From positions 124,001-188,000 of the forward strand of contig JAAOMT010000040.1 of assembly GCA_016748015.1 (NCBI GenBank): a DNA stretch of 64,000 bases, in the 5' to 3' direction. Below the pieces are notes generated by a model. That model saw nothing but the letters and a program-made list of their open reading frames with translations. It had not been told where the DNA came from and ran no database searches. Made by a program: the position numbers and the translations under genes. Of this stretch, positions 1 through 14,729 are shown piece after piece. Position 1 is the stretch's first letter; each line of letters starts with the position of its first letter. The stretch comes from Geosiphon pyriformis uo1. Taxonomy: Eukaryota > Fungi > Glomeromycota.

Positions 1-111
1 GTAAAACATTGATTTTATTTAGTTTTTTTAATATTTTTACCAGTTTTATATAATAACTTTGATTATAATACTTAATTTAAATTTAACTATAAACAATACT
101 ACTTTTTTTAA

Positions 112-154
<43 letters not shown>

Positions 155-1850
155 GTAACATATTTATTAAAATTAGTACATGACTAAATTGTTTATTATA
201 TTAAATTTTGGCTAATATTTACCAATTTTAAAACCAAACCAAATTGTGTTTTTGTATATAATTTTAATTAATTTATTAAATTATTTAATCTTAAAAATTA
301 AATAAATTAAATAAAAACTAAAGTATTTTTTTTGTTTTTTAATAATATTAATTTTGGTAGTATTTAGAAAACTATTAATAATTATTAAAAAAATTTTAAA
401 TAAATAATTTTTGTTTTAATATTTAATATTTTTTTTAAAATTAAAGTGACTTTTATTAAAATTATTTTTTAATTTGTGCATAATTTTATTAATTTAAAAT
501 TAATTTTTAAAAACAATATTAAACAATATTATATAAAATTTGCTTTTTAAATTTTTTTAAATTTTGTTAATTAAATTATGATTGTTAATTTTTAATTTTT
601 ATTACTTTAAAGATTGTTAAATTTTTTGTAATGTTTATTATTATTGTTATTTTTATTATTGTTTATATAATGTTTTTTTACATTTTTGTTAATAATATTG
701 TAAATACTTTAAGTATTTTTGGTAAAATTTTCAAGATTAATTTGAATTTTATTAGTTAATAACAATATATTATTTTGTATTTTAAAAGTTTTAAAGCTAT
801 TAAAACAATTTTTGCTTGTTAATTGATTTTAATAATAAAAAATTGTATTAAAATATATTTTTTAATTAGAAAAAAATTATTATTTTTTATAATATATTTA
901 AGATTAAATTAATTAATTTTTTTTCTAATTATATTGTATTTAAGATTAATAAATTAAATTTTTAGATTTATAATCACACTTGTTTTATTTTTTATTTTTT
1001 TTACGTTTTTTTAATAATTAAGATATACTAGTATTATTATTATTATTATTTTTGGTTTTTAAAAGAATTTAAATATTAAAAATTATTAAAATTAATACTT
1101 TAAAAAAGAATTATATTTTAAAAAAATTTTAATTATTAATATTGTTTCAAAATATTAAGATTTAAGTTATTTGACTTTAAATTACAAAGCATTTTTATTT
1201 TTATTTTTAAAATTTTTGCTTAAATTTGTAATTAGTTTTAAAATAGAAATAAAATACAACTTAAAATAAAATAAAATAAAATAAAATTTTTTGATTTTAA
1301 TTTAAGTAAGAAAATAATTAATTTTAAGATAGAAATAAAATACAACTTAAAATAATACTTAAAATAATATATAAATTAAAATCATTAAAAACATATTTTT
1401 AAATAAAAAAACTTTTATTAAAATAATAATACTATAAAAATTAAATACAATCTAATATTAGATTTAATCTTTAAAAAACTGTTAATTAAATAGATAACTT
1501 GATTAAAAATAATTATATTTTTTAAAAGTATATGCATAAAATAACTGCTTAATATATAGGTTTTTTTTTAATAAATTCAGAATAATATAGTTTTAATTAA
1601 CTTAATTCAACTGGTTATATATAGCCAAAGGATAAATTACATCTTTTTTATAATATTTTTTTATTGTATGATTTGAAATAATGATTAGATTACACTTTAT
1701 TATAATATAATATAATATAATATAATATAACAATAAAAAATGATAAAAATAATGATAAAAATTATACCATAAGCAATTTAAAAATAAAAACAAAAACATA
1801 TTAATTATTTAAAAAGTAACTAATTTAATAAATAATGTTTATTTGTTTAT
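1..1850. mobile_element. Heavily degraded unclassified repeat (element X, copy 1; runs off the window start)
   Basis: Very AT-rich. 1-~1220 is co-linear with ~58700-59880 (e.g. 'ttatttaatcttaaaaattaaataaattaaataaaaactaaag' vs 'ttacttaatcttaaagattaaattaattaaataaaaattaaag'). ~1440-1640 resembles the reverse complement of ~4450-4634. No protein motif recoverable. Confidence 0.55.
112..155. repeat. (AAT)n microsatellite
   Basis: Direct AAT run. Confidence 0.9.
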
Positions 1851-2302
1851 TTAATTTAGACAAAAAAAAAGGAAAAAAATCCTATTTTACCAATACCGAA
1901 GCCACAAATGCCCAGTAAAGTGGCACTCAGATATTAATATAGTAACTGAAAATTGACACAAACCAAACCACTTATAAATCATGACAACATGCTTCAAATT
2001 CTCATTGTACAATATCTTGGTGTCGTAAATATTGCGTCACATCACTTTTTCTTGGCCCGTGATGGGAGTATGACGGAATAATGTTTTTTCATCAATTGGG
2101 CAATGCGGCTATTTAAGGCATGAAAATGGGGTCTTATCTGAATTGGGAATAGTAGATTAACATACTGCCAGGGAATGTGAATTTTTATATAAATTGAGGT
2201 CATCAAGACCAAACTTTTTTCTGAAAATTAAAATACATTTGAGACTCGACAAAACTTTTTAATATACACAAAATAAACAGATTCAAATCTCTTCTCTCAA
2301 AA

Positions 2303-2613
2303 ATGGCCTTAACTTTTACTGACATTTTCAAATTCTTCTTCGCCGTCCTTCTTCCACCACTCGGCGTCTTATTGGAACGTGGCTGTGGTTGTGATTTGCT
2401 GATTAATATTGCGTTGACATTACTTGGATTTATTCCAGGTAATTATTAATCTTTTTTTAAAAAAAATTTTCACGCATTATTTTTTTGATTTTAAAAATTA
2501 AAGTTTTCTAATTATTTCTAATTCTAAATTTCACTCCCCCCCCCTCACTCTTTTTTTTTTCAATCTCTTAATTAGGAATGATCCATGCTTTTTACATTAT
2601 TCTGAAATACTAG
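2303..2613 (+). CDS. PMP3: Plasma membrane proteolipid 3 / RCI2 (UPF0057) family, 57 aa; join(2303..2438,2576..2613)
   Basis: Spliced product MALTFTDIFKFFFAVLLPPLGVLLERGCGCDLLINIALTLLGFIPG|MIHAFYIILKY*. It has the family motifs LPPLGV and LLTLLG.IPG.IHA. GT-AG intron 2439-2575 with a pyrimidine tract keeps the frame (174 nt). Not in the ORF track. Confidence 0.93.
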
Positions 2614-3164
2614 ATTGGACCTTAAATATTATTCTACCACGAATATCGGATTTTGCAAAAAGAAATCGTTCCTCAATTTTTTACTTTTATATTTTTATAA
2701 TTTTAATAACAAACCAAAATTCCAACCAACATGAATCATTCTCATCATTCTTATCATTTGTAATCTTTATCACATAAAAAAAATTTTCTCATAATACAAA
2801 TACTTTTGCTAATGATAGTTCATTAAAACCTAAAGTTTGAAAGAGTAAGATTCGATGATTATTTTTAATCAAAGTTATTTATTTTAAATTTGAAACTATA
2901 TCAAAAAGTCATTAAAACATGCGATAACTAAATTGTTATGTTAATAAAATCGAGGGGTTCAGTCAAATCTCTTGATACGTTGGTCAGATGAAATTTTAGT
3001 CAGATTTACAATTAAATTAAATTAAATTAAAGTTAAAATACAAAAATGATAAAGAATTAATTGATGATCAATTTTTTTTTACAATCACTTTTTACTTTTT
3101 ATCAGCAGACACGAAAATTTTTGAGATATCTAGTTTTACCCTACAAACATTGGTAACAATGATG

Positions 3165-3166
3165 AT

Positions 3167-3217
<51 letters not shown>
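3165..3217. repeat. (ATA)n microsatellite
   Basis: Direct run; it generates the spurious poly-Ile ORF 3150-3365. Confidence 0.9.
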
Positions 3218-4280
3218 TTGTGAAACGAAAATACAAAGTATTTATATTAAAGAAATCATTTCTATAAAATTCAAAAGAATCCCGAAAAAAGTAAATGAAA
3301 ATGAATTAATAATAGAAAAATGGTACCACATAGAATTGACACTCGTCTTTACTAACATTGAATAAGTAAATAATATTTGGGAGAAATTTTAATCCAAAAA
3401 GTTTCACTTGAATTCTTTTTTGTTTAAGTAGAAATGAAAAAATTATGATTATCTCAATTTTTTCAAGAAAATAAAGGTGTCGATTAGAATATTCTTAGTT
3501 TCTTAAAAGGAAGGGGAATTTGGGGAAATAACACTTCTTGATAAAATGGTTTAATTGATGTTTTAAGTTTCTTTTGTAATTGGATGATGGGTAGTAAAAA
3601 GGTATTGAGTAACAAAACCTTTTTAATTGTATGCAAACAGAAAATTTTAAAGGAGACTGACACTGCATAGTTTATTTATTTTTTGAGTCACGATGCTCTA
3701 AATTAATTATTTAGGAATTCAACCATGTTGATCGGATTAATTCGAAGATTTGATTGATAAAGTACAATACTGAAAAAAAAAATTGTGGTTTTTTTTATTT
3801 TCAGTCTCTTTTTCTCTTGAGAAAAAAACTTTTAAATAGTGTTCTTGAAGAAAGGAAAAAAATAACCTGAATAGAAAGTATTCTCGCAGAAATGTGAATT
3901 TAATACAATTTTTTTTCAATAATATTAAATCTTTTGATTTAAAAAAGAAATTCAATAGCTTTGGTTTACAAAATATTTCATGAATAATGAAATGAATTGA
4001 CGATTTAGTTTTTTATAAAAAAACACCAGAGTTTTTATATTGTAATCAAAGAAATAAAAATTAAATAAATTGTTGAATATATTAAAACAATAAATTTAAA
4101 AAAAAAACAATAAATTTAAAAATTAATAATAATCAATACTTAAAATAAAATAATATTAATATGTTATATTTACAAAAAATATATTTAAAAAACAAAAAAT
4201 ATTAAATATTATATTTTATAATAATATAAACAAAAAAATTATTTTGTTATATTTTATAATTATTTTATTTATTTATTAAT

Positions 4281-4343
<63 letters not shown>

Positions 4344-4364
4344 GTTGTTGTTGTTGTTGTTGTT
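4281..4364. repeat. (TA)n followed by compound (TTA)n(TTG)n microsatellite
   Basis: Direct runs. Confidence 0.85.
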
Positions 4365-4646
4365 AATTAGTTTTAATTTGATTATAAACATAATACTTTT
4401 TTTTATTTAATATATTAAGTTTAATTATTTAATATAATATAATTACATAAAGTTTTAAATTAAATATAATTTACATACTTTCTATATAAAACCAAATATA
4501 AATTCAATTTAAGTTATATTAAATTTAAAAAAAACTATTTTAAAAAAACATTTTATGTATAAATATAATTAATATATTACTATTTATTATTATATTACTT
4601 ATTTATTTAATAATTTTATTTGTATTTAATTTAATATTAAATATTT

Positions 4647-7600
4647 TTTATTAAAAAATTAATAAATATAGCTTAATTATTATCTAGTATATATAAACAA
4701 ACTAAATATTTACAATTAAATATAATTTATATATTTATTATAAATAATTAATTATTTAAATTAATTAAAATTATACTAAATACTTATATAAATATTAATT
4801 ATATTATTAAAACTAAAAAAAACAAATACTTATTACATAAATTAAAATTATTTATAAAAATTTTAGCTATATTTAGCAAATAAACTATCTTATTAAACAA
4901 ATTACTAAATAAATTATGTAAACTATAAAAAATAAACATATTATTATTAATTAAACCACATTTTTTTATTATAATTTTATATTTAAATTTATATAATTAT
5001 ATTTTTTTTTTTATAATTTACTATTAATTATTGTATAAAAAAAACCAAATATAAATAGACTAATTTAATATTTTTAAACATTAATACAATTTTAACAAAT
5101 TATATTTTACAAATAAAATTTTTACAAAAAATAATATATAAAAGTATTATTAAATATATATATATAAAATTGCAAAATTAAAGATAATAAAAACAAAATA
5201 TTAACAAATAATATTTAAAATTTATTAATAACTTTATATAAACAATAATATTTAATTTATATATAAAAATATAATTCAAAAATTTTACTTTCTTATAATA
5301 AAAACAAAATAGTTTAAAATACAGTTTGTTATACAGATGTTTTTAGATAGTAATAAATAATTATCTATAAATTAATTTTATTAAATAAGTATATAAACTA
5401 GTTATAAACTTGTTAATAAAATCAAACTATATATAAAAAAATAAAAGTTTAATCTACATTTTTATTAATTATTATATTAATATTTAGCTTAATTTTTTAT
5501 TAAATATAATTACTACTTGATATATACCATAATCAAAATAATAAATATTATTTAAGATTGTTATATTATTGGCTTAAAAATATTTTTTATAAATTAAAAC
5601 AGAAAAATATAAAGATAAATAAGTAGTTATATTAACTAAATTATTAACAATTTTATTGTAACAATATTAAAGTAATTTTAATCTTAAACCAAATAATTAA
5701 CAATCTGTTTTTTTTTTAATCTAACAATAATTATAAAATTCTAACAACTTTAAACTAAGCTTAAAAACCACTTAATTATTAAAATAAATTTTTATTATAC
5801 TAAAAAATAATTTATATTTAAAATCCAAAACAATAATTTGTAATTTAGCTAGTATTAATAAAGCTAAACTAAAAACATACTTATATTTAAGCTTTTAAAA
5901 AATGTTATAATATTACTAATTATTTTATAAAAGTTTAATTTTTTTAATAAATTATTCATAAAAACATTAATAACAAATAAATTTATTTTTATTAAACACT
6001 TTTTAATTATATAAATTATGTATATTTTGGCCATTTAAACTACAATTAAGTCATATTTTAACTTTTATTTAAAAAAAATTTAATAATAATAATTTTATAA
6101 ATAATTTTTTAGATTATTTAAATTTTTATTAAGTTTAATAATTCTTTAATTTAAAATTTTTTAAAAATTTTAAAAGTTGAGTTTTTTGTATAATAAACAG
6201 AAATTTAATATTGATAATAAGTAATAAATAATATTTAATTTTTTTAATATAGTAACTGGTTTATTCTAATATTTTTTACTTTTTTAATAAACAATTTTAA
6301 TTTTTTTGATTATATTTTATGTTTTGTCTTAGTGTTTTTTACTAAACAATTTTTGATATCATAATTTTAATATTTTTCTTTTAATTAATTAGTAAACATA
6401 AAATAATACAAAAGAGAAAATAAAATAAAAATAAAAAATTGGTATTTTATTAATAACTGTAATCAAGAATTATTGTTTTAGTATTATTAGTAATATTGTA
6501 TTAATATTATCAACATTAATAAAAAAATAATTAAAGTTTTTTTTGGATAATGTAAATTAATAAATTTATTTAGAATAATTATAAACTTTAAATATTAAAT
6601 TGTTAATTATAAAAATTACTTAATAAAATAGAAATTAAACTTGTTTTTAATTTAATTTGTCTGTTTTTTCTGTTTTTAATATTTTTGTTATATATACATA
6701 AATTTTTATAATATAAAATTTTTAAAATTTTTTTCAATTTCTTTAAATTATTATTGAAATTTTTAAAATTTTTATTAAAATTTTTAAAATTTCTAATATT
6801 ATATACTTTAATAATTTATACTATGCTATTGGTTATTTATATTATATTTTTTTTATTTTACTTTACAAGTAATAATATTGAACTATAAAACACAAAACTT
6901 TTTGAATTCAATTTTTTTTAGTAATAAAAGATTTTTTAATTAAAAATCTAACTATGCTTATTAAAAAATGCTTACTAAAAATTATACCAAATTTTTTTAA
7001 AAAATTAATCACTTTATAATACAATAATATATTTAAAATATTTAATATAAAAATGCTATTTATTAAATAAAATACTATAAGCAAAAAATTCACAAAAATA
7101 ATATTATAATTTAATAAAATTTTAATTATATAAACCAAAAATTATTAATTAAACTAATTCTTAACTTAACAAAAAATTACAATAAATTTTTAAAAGTCTA
7201 ATTTACAACTTATAAATCCAAAAACCAATTATTAAAAAGTTAATCAACAATATTAAAAACATTTATAAAACTAATAAAGATATAATCTTATTTTTAATCT
7301 AAATTTGCTTAAAAATTTTTAAATTATACAAAAAAAAATAGTACAAAGTCTTATTTAAAAAGTTTTTTAAAAAATTAATTTTAATTTTTAAGCTTTTACA
7401 AATTATTATATTTTATTTTTAATACATATTTTTAAAAATAAATTAAAATTAAAATTTGTAATTAATAATTAATTACAATATAACAACAATTAGATACAAA
7501 AATTATTTGTTTAAAATAGTTTTTTTTAAGACTATATTGGCAAAAAACTTGATATTAAAATAAGTTTTAATCAAATTAAACTTAAAAAAATTGTTTATTA

Positions 7601-8029
7601 ACAAAAAAATACTTAAATATTAATATAATTCTTTTTTTTTAATAATTATAATTGGTAATTTATTAATAGCCAAAAAAATACTAATAATCTGCCAATTAAT
7701 AAAAATAGTCAGTTTTGTTAATATTAATTAAAATATTATTGATCTTAAAAAATTCACTTATAATATTAAGAAAATATTAAGTAAAAATATGTTAATTGTT
7801 AATTTATATAGTATTATTATCAAAAATATTAGCAATTAAAAGAAATATAAAATTTATTTAACTTTTTATTTAATTTATTTTAATTATAAATTTAATATTA
7901 ATATAATATTTATAAAATTGTTTATATTTTTTAATCTTATATAATAAAAAATTATAAAAAATCTGTTATTATAAAGAAAAAATACTTTACTTTAAGTTTG
8001 TTATTATAGATATTACCAAAAAACTTAAC
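4647..8029 (-). mobile_element. LINE A (oldest relic), 3' part: poly(A), 3'UTR, ORF2 C-terminus, RNase H and distal RT
   Basis: The T-tract and 3'UTR at ~4647 align with the 3' ends of the younger LINEs. Minus-strand relics such as TYFIKLIYR*LFITI*KHLYNKLY correspond to TYFMKSLHHRLPVAVQKRLYDKRY. ICNKFVKFFGNIY reads continuously across the B insertion. Confidence 0.75.
6093..6874. mobile_element. Degraded solo LTR (family LTR-B) inside LINE A; boundaries approximate
   Basis: Shares 'ttttgtataataaacaga' and 'atcaagaattattgttttagt...tatcaacat' blocks with 13777-14729 and 43536-44450, and interrupts LINE A. Confidence 0.6.
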
Positions 8030-10130
8030 TTTTTTCTCTTTTATGTCCAAAATTTTCCAAAGAGCATTTTTTTGAAAAGGTTTTTTATTTTATTTTTTCT
8101 AGTTATATTTTTTTTAATATTTCTTAAGCTAATAATCCTTTTATAATAAACTTAAAAGCTGCTTTAAATAGCAATATGTCTAAGAAAAAGATGTTTAAAG
8201 AAGTTTTTTATGGTCTTGTTAGTGGTATTTTTTCTTAAAAAAAAAGAGTTTTAGTGAACAATATTAAACACTCTGGAGATAAAAAAAAATTTTTTTGGTT
8301 AAATTTGGTCTTAATAGTAACATGTTTTCAGATATAAATAATAAGTCTAATAACAATAAAATTAATAATATTATGTTGAAATTTGGTAGTAGTTCTTTTT
8401 TTGGCTTAGTTGTAACAACTTCCAAAGCCAAAAAGTTTAATACTAGTTTGAATAGTGGCTTTTTTATTAATATAATTGACTTTGGAATAGATTAAAATAC
8501 AGGCTCCCTCCTTTTTTTTTAATATTTCTCTTAATAAAAAATAGATTGACTTTAAAATAGCTAAGACTTGAGTTGAGATGGCAATGAAAAAATCTTTCAC
8601 ATTGAATATTAATCTTTCAGCTTTGGAAAAAAAATCAGTGATAACAAAAACTCAGTTTATTAGAAAAAATTTTTCATCAATTAATAGTTTTGAGAAGATT
8701 ACTACTTTCTTAAAATTTGAAAAAATTATCAGATTAATATTTACTTCTAAAGAAAGTATAAAAAAAATTGTGTTATTGGTTAAGAAAAAAAGGATTATAG
8801 TAAATACCAATCTTAAAAGACAAAAAATTTATTCAGATTGGACCATAGTTATTAAGAAAATTTCTATAAATACACTAAAAAAAATAATTATTACAGTTTT
8901 CTTTAAGTTTGGTTAAGTAGTATTAATCTATTTACAATTAATTAGACTATAACAAAAGACTATAATAGAATTTGTTAAATCAAATTAGACTGATCAATTG
9001 ATAGCAAAATAATAATTTTTTATTGAAAAAAATTCAATACATATAACTAAAGCTATAGGAGATTATAATACTTAGATGTTTAAAAATTAATTCAGGACTT
9101 TTTTGTTTATTTTTTTTATGAGAACAACTGTTCATGATCTTAGTGCTCTATTGAAAAAAACTGGTGAGAAAACTTGTGTCATAAATTGATTATTTAAAAC
9201 TGATAACAAAGTTTGCTATACTGTGATTGGGTTTAAATCAGATAAAAAGTTAGAATTTGCCTTTTATACAAAGCCAATATTTGGTGGTGTGAAATTTTTT
9301 TGAACTAAAATGAATTTGGCTTGATATGAAAAATGTGAACATTTTAATTATTTTGCTTTAAAGTACAGTACATCTGATTTTTCCATTTTTTTATCTTTGA
9401 TAATATTTAAAAAGTTTGTTTTAAATGAAAATTACTTTTAGTTGGCCAAGTTATATGCCAAAAAAAATATTTTTATCTTTCATCCTGCTGCTTTTAGTAG
9501 TAAATTATGAATTCAGATAAGTTTGGTGGCTTTTGTTTCTAACAAATTGTTTTCTGGTTTTGGTTTTGGTTTTTTTTCTCTTAATACTTTAAGTTTTAAT
9601 GAAAAATTTCTTTTCATTTTATTAAATAATTCTTTTTTAAATGATTATTTGGTCTTTTTGAATGTTTTTTAAAGCTCTTAACTAACTAAATATCAAGTAT
9701 TGTATATAAGCTCAGCAGTATAAATTTGGTATTTTTGATTTTATTTTTTTCTTTACAAATTTTTGTGAATTTACTGACCTCTAGTTTGAAATCAGATTTA
9801 GACATAATATTGAATAATTTGCAAACTCTACTTTTACCTTTTTTTTGGTTTTGGCTAAAACTTTAATATTGGGTTTAAGTAGTTTAAAGATCTTAATCAT
9901 TAAGATAAATAGTCTAAAATCAAAACTGGTGGCTTTTGAAATCTCTGTTGGTTCTATTTTGATAAAGTTGGATTTGTTGTATACTGGCTTAAGTTTTTCT
10001 ATGTTTATCTCATCTTAATAACTGATCTAATCTGAAAAATTGTTATATATAATATTTGTAATATTAATATATTTACTAAACAAAAAAATGTAATATATTA
10101 GTATACAAAATTAGATAACACAATTTCTAT

Positions 10131-10936
10131 TGTTAATTATAAAAATTTAGGAATTCTTAATAAAGATATAAAGTAACTGATTAGAGATAGACATAGTAAG
10201 AAAAAATTTTTAGAATTCTTGGCTAAAAGAATTAAAAAAATCCAAGAAATCTTGTATAACAGTAATTATGTATATATAGCAAGAGTATTAAAAGCAAAAA
10301 AAACAGAATCCAGTTCAGAATTAATACTTATAATTAATTAATTATCTCATATTTTTTCTTTTAAAAGTAGTTTTTTATGACTTAAAGTGAAATCAAATTA
10401 CATATCAATAAAATATTAATTATTATCTAAACTTATATTATTATTGCTTAATTAATACATCTTAAAATTACTTCTACTCTATTAATATTTTATGTTAATA
10501 GAATTTAACACTTAACTACACTAGACTAATAACTCTTAATTATGACTATTAACAGAATATTAATTTCTTATTTTTTATTATTATTTTTTTATTATTTTTT
10601 TTATTTTCATTGTTGTGTATTAACTGATTAAAAAGATTAATATGTAAAGTTATTAATATCAAGAAAAACTAATAAAAGATCCAAAAACAAAAGTATAAAC
10701 TTGGAAATTAAAGATAGCTTATAAGAAGAAACTGGCCATCAAGCTGAAAAAAAATTCATAAAATACACTTTCAGAAGAGTACTGAAACAACTATTGAATT
10801 TCTGTTCATTATATAAAAAACTTAACCAAAACTTTCAGATCATAAAAACCTTTAAATATTATTAATATAATCGACTATTAAGCACCAAGTTACAGATTTG
10901 TTATTTGTACCAATCCCTAAATAATCATCTGTAATA
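10131..10936. mobile_element. Solo LTR (LTR-B), opposite orientation to the other three, in the APE domain of LINE B
   Basis: Termini tgtta...tgtaata. Right end is the reverse complement of the 13777 start. 4-bp TSD ctat/ttat. LINE reading IS|IITETKL is restored on removal. Confidence 0.8.
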
Positions 10937-13776
10937 TTATTATAACAGAAACAAAATTAAAATCTAATATTAAATTATAGATTATAAATAAGTTTAATAA
11001 GATTTAGATTTTTACTTCTGGCTTAAATGTGGATTTTTATGGTACAAATGTGACCATAATTATAAATAGTTCTCTGGCTTAGCATATTTTTAAAATAAAT
11101 AAGATTTCTGATTGATTGATTTCAGTATATTTTTTGTTCAAAAACAAATTTTTAGTTATAATTTTAAGTTTGTATATTGGTGCTTTTTTTGAATTAAGCT
11201 TTAAAGATCAATTTTTTTATGGCCAAAGTAGTTAACTCCAGCAATTTTGTAGTTTTGAATGGGAATTTTAATAAAAATGAGTCAAAAAAAAGTATTAGTT
11301 TAAGGAAATGCTTAGATATAGATTTAGTGAATTTATTTTTTGAACATTTTTTAGTAAAAATTTCTACTTAAAGCAACTTTAAAGAAGCTAAAAAGATCAT
11401 CAATTATATTTTTATTAGTAAAAATTTATTATTGGCAATAGTATATTATGAAGTTGGCTGTATATCTGATTTTTTAATATTAATTATATGACAATTATGG
11501 TTTTAGTTAAATTAAGAAGTCTTTGGAATACTTATTTAAATAGTATTTGCAAACAAACAAATAAGAATTAATAGAAATTCAAAATTGATTGTGTTAATAG
11601 TATTAAGTGAAGCAATTTTTGTGATCTCTTTTCAATTAAGCTTTCTTTGGTAATAAATGAGTTTGGTAAAGCAAATAAAAAAAATAATCTAGATATAATA
11701 AAAAAACTTTTAAAGAATATAATGATAAGGGCAGTTGACAAAACTTTTTCTAAACATTGATACAATAAGACCAAAAATTTGTTTAACAAACAGTTATCAA
11801 AATTTTTCAAATTAGAATTGTTAGTAACAAGAATTGTGAAATCACTTAGATTTGGTAACATGTTTAAAACTGATGCTTTTCTTCATACTTAATTGGCCAT
11901 TGATAAAGATAGAGCTTCAGAAATGCAAATTATGATTCAAAATAGTACCAAATTATTAAATGTTTTCAGCTGTCTATTTAAAATCAGAAAAAATTATTAC
12001 AAATTCAAAATACATAAGTCCAAAGCTGTTAAGACAACTGTTATAAGATGTGCAATTAAGAAAAGAATAAAAAATTTTTGCTTGAATAAAAACTATATAA
12101 TTAAAAATATATTAGAAAGACTATTTTGTAAAATAATACTAAATTATTTAATAGTTAATAACAATCTGATTTTAGAACTTGATAATATTAAATCTAAAGT
12201 TAACACTATTATAAAAAATTAGACCAAGAAGTGAATAGTTTTTGATTTTTTGCTTGGAATTTGGACTAGTCAATATGCTTTTCTGTACTATATAGATAAT
12301 AATACATTTTTATATATTATAAGTGCTATTGGTTTTGAAAAATTGGTTTAAGTAGTCAAAAATTTGCCAAATAGAAAAGCTGCTGGTTTAAATAATATTT
12401 CAAATAAGTTGTAAAAACATTGAGGTAATAATATTCTTAAGTGTCTTTTGGAATTTCTGAATTCATGTTTAATTTTGGGTGCAGTTCTAACTTTATAAAA
12501 AAAGGCATGAGTTTTAATAATACTTAAACCTTATAAATAAAATGAAATTTTAATGAACATTTGACCTATTGTTTTGATTAAGACTCTTAAGAAAATTTTT
12601 TCAAAGATTCTTTTGGACCAAATTTTTTTTGCTTGTAACAAATTTGGTGTTCTTTATGAGAATAACTTTTTTGTTTTGAAAAATACTTTGATACAGTCTT
12701 CTATTTTTGCTATTGGTTTAGTAGTTGAGAATGTTTTAGAAAAGAACAGAAGAGTTTGGTTAGTTTTACAAAACATGCACAAAACATATAATTTAATTAA
12801 ATGACATTATCTAAAAGCTAGTCTGCAATATATTAAAATATGTGAAAGATTTATTAGTTTTTTTGGCAACATCTATAAAAATAAAGTAAACAAGATTATG
12901 ATAGATTTTGGCCTTACAAATAAATATTAAATACATAATTAACTTAATCAGAATGAAATGTTTTCTTTTTTTCTTTAGAGAATTTTTTTTTGTATAAAAT
13001 TAAAAGACAAAACTATCTATGTAAATACTGAATTGATACCAAATTTGTGACTAAGTCAGAAAAGATAAAAATCATAAAAAGAACAATTTTATTTTTTGCA
13101 GCTAGTGCATTTATCAATAATATTATCTGAATTGAAAATAGTCAAACTTTTACACAATATATATTTAACCTTACTAGTGAATTTTTTTTGATTAATAATA
13201 TTTCTATTAACAATAACAAGATGGTGGTTATTCTCATTAATTAGAAAATTAAAGATGCTTCTTTGAAGATTAGTGAGTTATTTATTTTAATTACCAAAAG
13301 TAGTATGCTACATAAATATTTGGGAATTTTTTTGTCTATTAATAGAATGTTTAAATCCAGTTTGGCCAAGACATAATCTGATATTAAGCTTTTTTTAAAT
13401 CTAGTTTTGAGAAAAACTATTATAAATAAGCAGTTTTCAATTTGGTTTCAGTAGTTTTGCAATCTATTATCAACTATTGTTTACAGTTCAGTTTTATTTT
13501 TTTAGACATTTGTCACTAATGAGATGTCTTAATCAGAAAAAATTTTAAGTTAAAGGCTGGTTTACTCCACAATTTTCTAAGTAAGACACTATATTATTTT
13601 TCATTGTATATTTAAAAACATTTAAAAAAATTCAAGCTAAAGGAAAGATGTCTTTAATTATTGTTTTTATAAATGCTTCTGGAATTTTTGGTCAGCTTTT
13701 TGAACACAGATTTTTAGATTTTCAGGTTTTGGGCTGGGTCTTTTTAAATTTTTTATAGTATTTGGTAAGAATATAT

Positions 13777-14729
13777 TGTTACAAGTGATTATTTGGGGTC
13801 TTAAATCAAATAACAAACCCATAACTTGGTGTTTAATAGCTAATCTTGTTGGTAATATCTGAAGGTATTGATTGTTTGAGGGTTTTGATTGGAATTTTTT
13901 GTATAATAAACAGAGATTCAAGTATAATTTTCTTTTAATAATATTTCAAGTGTTTTTTTTAGTTTAGTGTGTTTTGTTGTTTATCATTTCCTGGAATTGC
14001 AATTCTGTCAATTTTTTTCTTGGCATGGTGGCTGGCAATCTCCTAATAAGCTATCCTCAAATTTGAGTGTCTACTCTTATTTCTGGGTTTTTTATTAATG
14101 CTATATTTTGACATTAATATTTTAGCACTTAATCCTTAATCAATTAGTATACAACAATAAAAGAAAAAAAGAAAATAAAGAAATAAGCCAAGACAATGAA
14201 AAGTTAATATTCCATTAATAGTCATGATCAAGAGCTATTGTTCTAATGTGGTTAAGTATTGGCAGCTATCAACATGAAGTGTTGATAGTTAGAGTTTAAT
14301 AAATATTTCTTAATCAAATAATAACAACATGAATTAGATGTTGATAAATATTTATTGATAATTTAATAATTTTACTTTAGTAAATATGAATTATTCTTGA
14401 AGTGATTAGGGAATAGATAAAAAGAGAAGTCAAAAAAACTAAAAGATCTGTTTTTTCTGTTTCTAACACTACTGCTATATATACATATTTTTCTTTATAC
14501 AAGAAATTTTTTTTCTTTGCTAGATTTTTTGTAAAATTCTTGATTTTTTGAAACATTCAGGATTTTTTGAAAAATCCTCAACTTTTCTAAAATATCTTGA
14601 ATTTCCTAAAACATTCAGAATTTTCTGAAAAATTCTCTTTTTTTGTCTTTTATTCTAATTGGCTAATTTATAATTATGTGTTTTTCTCTTTTCTATTATG
14701 TATTATTTTTCTCTTTTTTAAGTGTAACA
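13777..14729. mobile_element. Solo LTR (LTR-B) in LINE B ORF2
   Basis: Perfect TGTTACA...TGTAACA termini and 4-bp TSD atat/acat. LINE sequence resumes after it (ISFFNNFLARVV). Contains a ~19-20-bp tandem array at ~14520-14635. Confidence 0.88.

Noticed and set aside
3150-3365. Poly-Ile ORF
   Set aside because: Microsatellite artefact.
1602-7138. Short I/K/F/N/Y-rich ORFs (1602, 3737, 6908; also 43387, 44037, 60539)
   Set aside because: Chance frames in AT-rich or eroded DNA; 60539 is at most a relic of LINE A ORF1.
10131-10947. TSD-less, tyrosine-recombinase-type insertion (tgtta...taaca)
   Set aside because: Homology to the 13777 LTR puts the true end at 10936 with a 4-bp TSD; the taaca belongs to the LINE.
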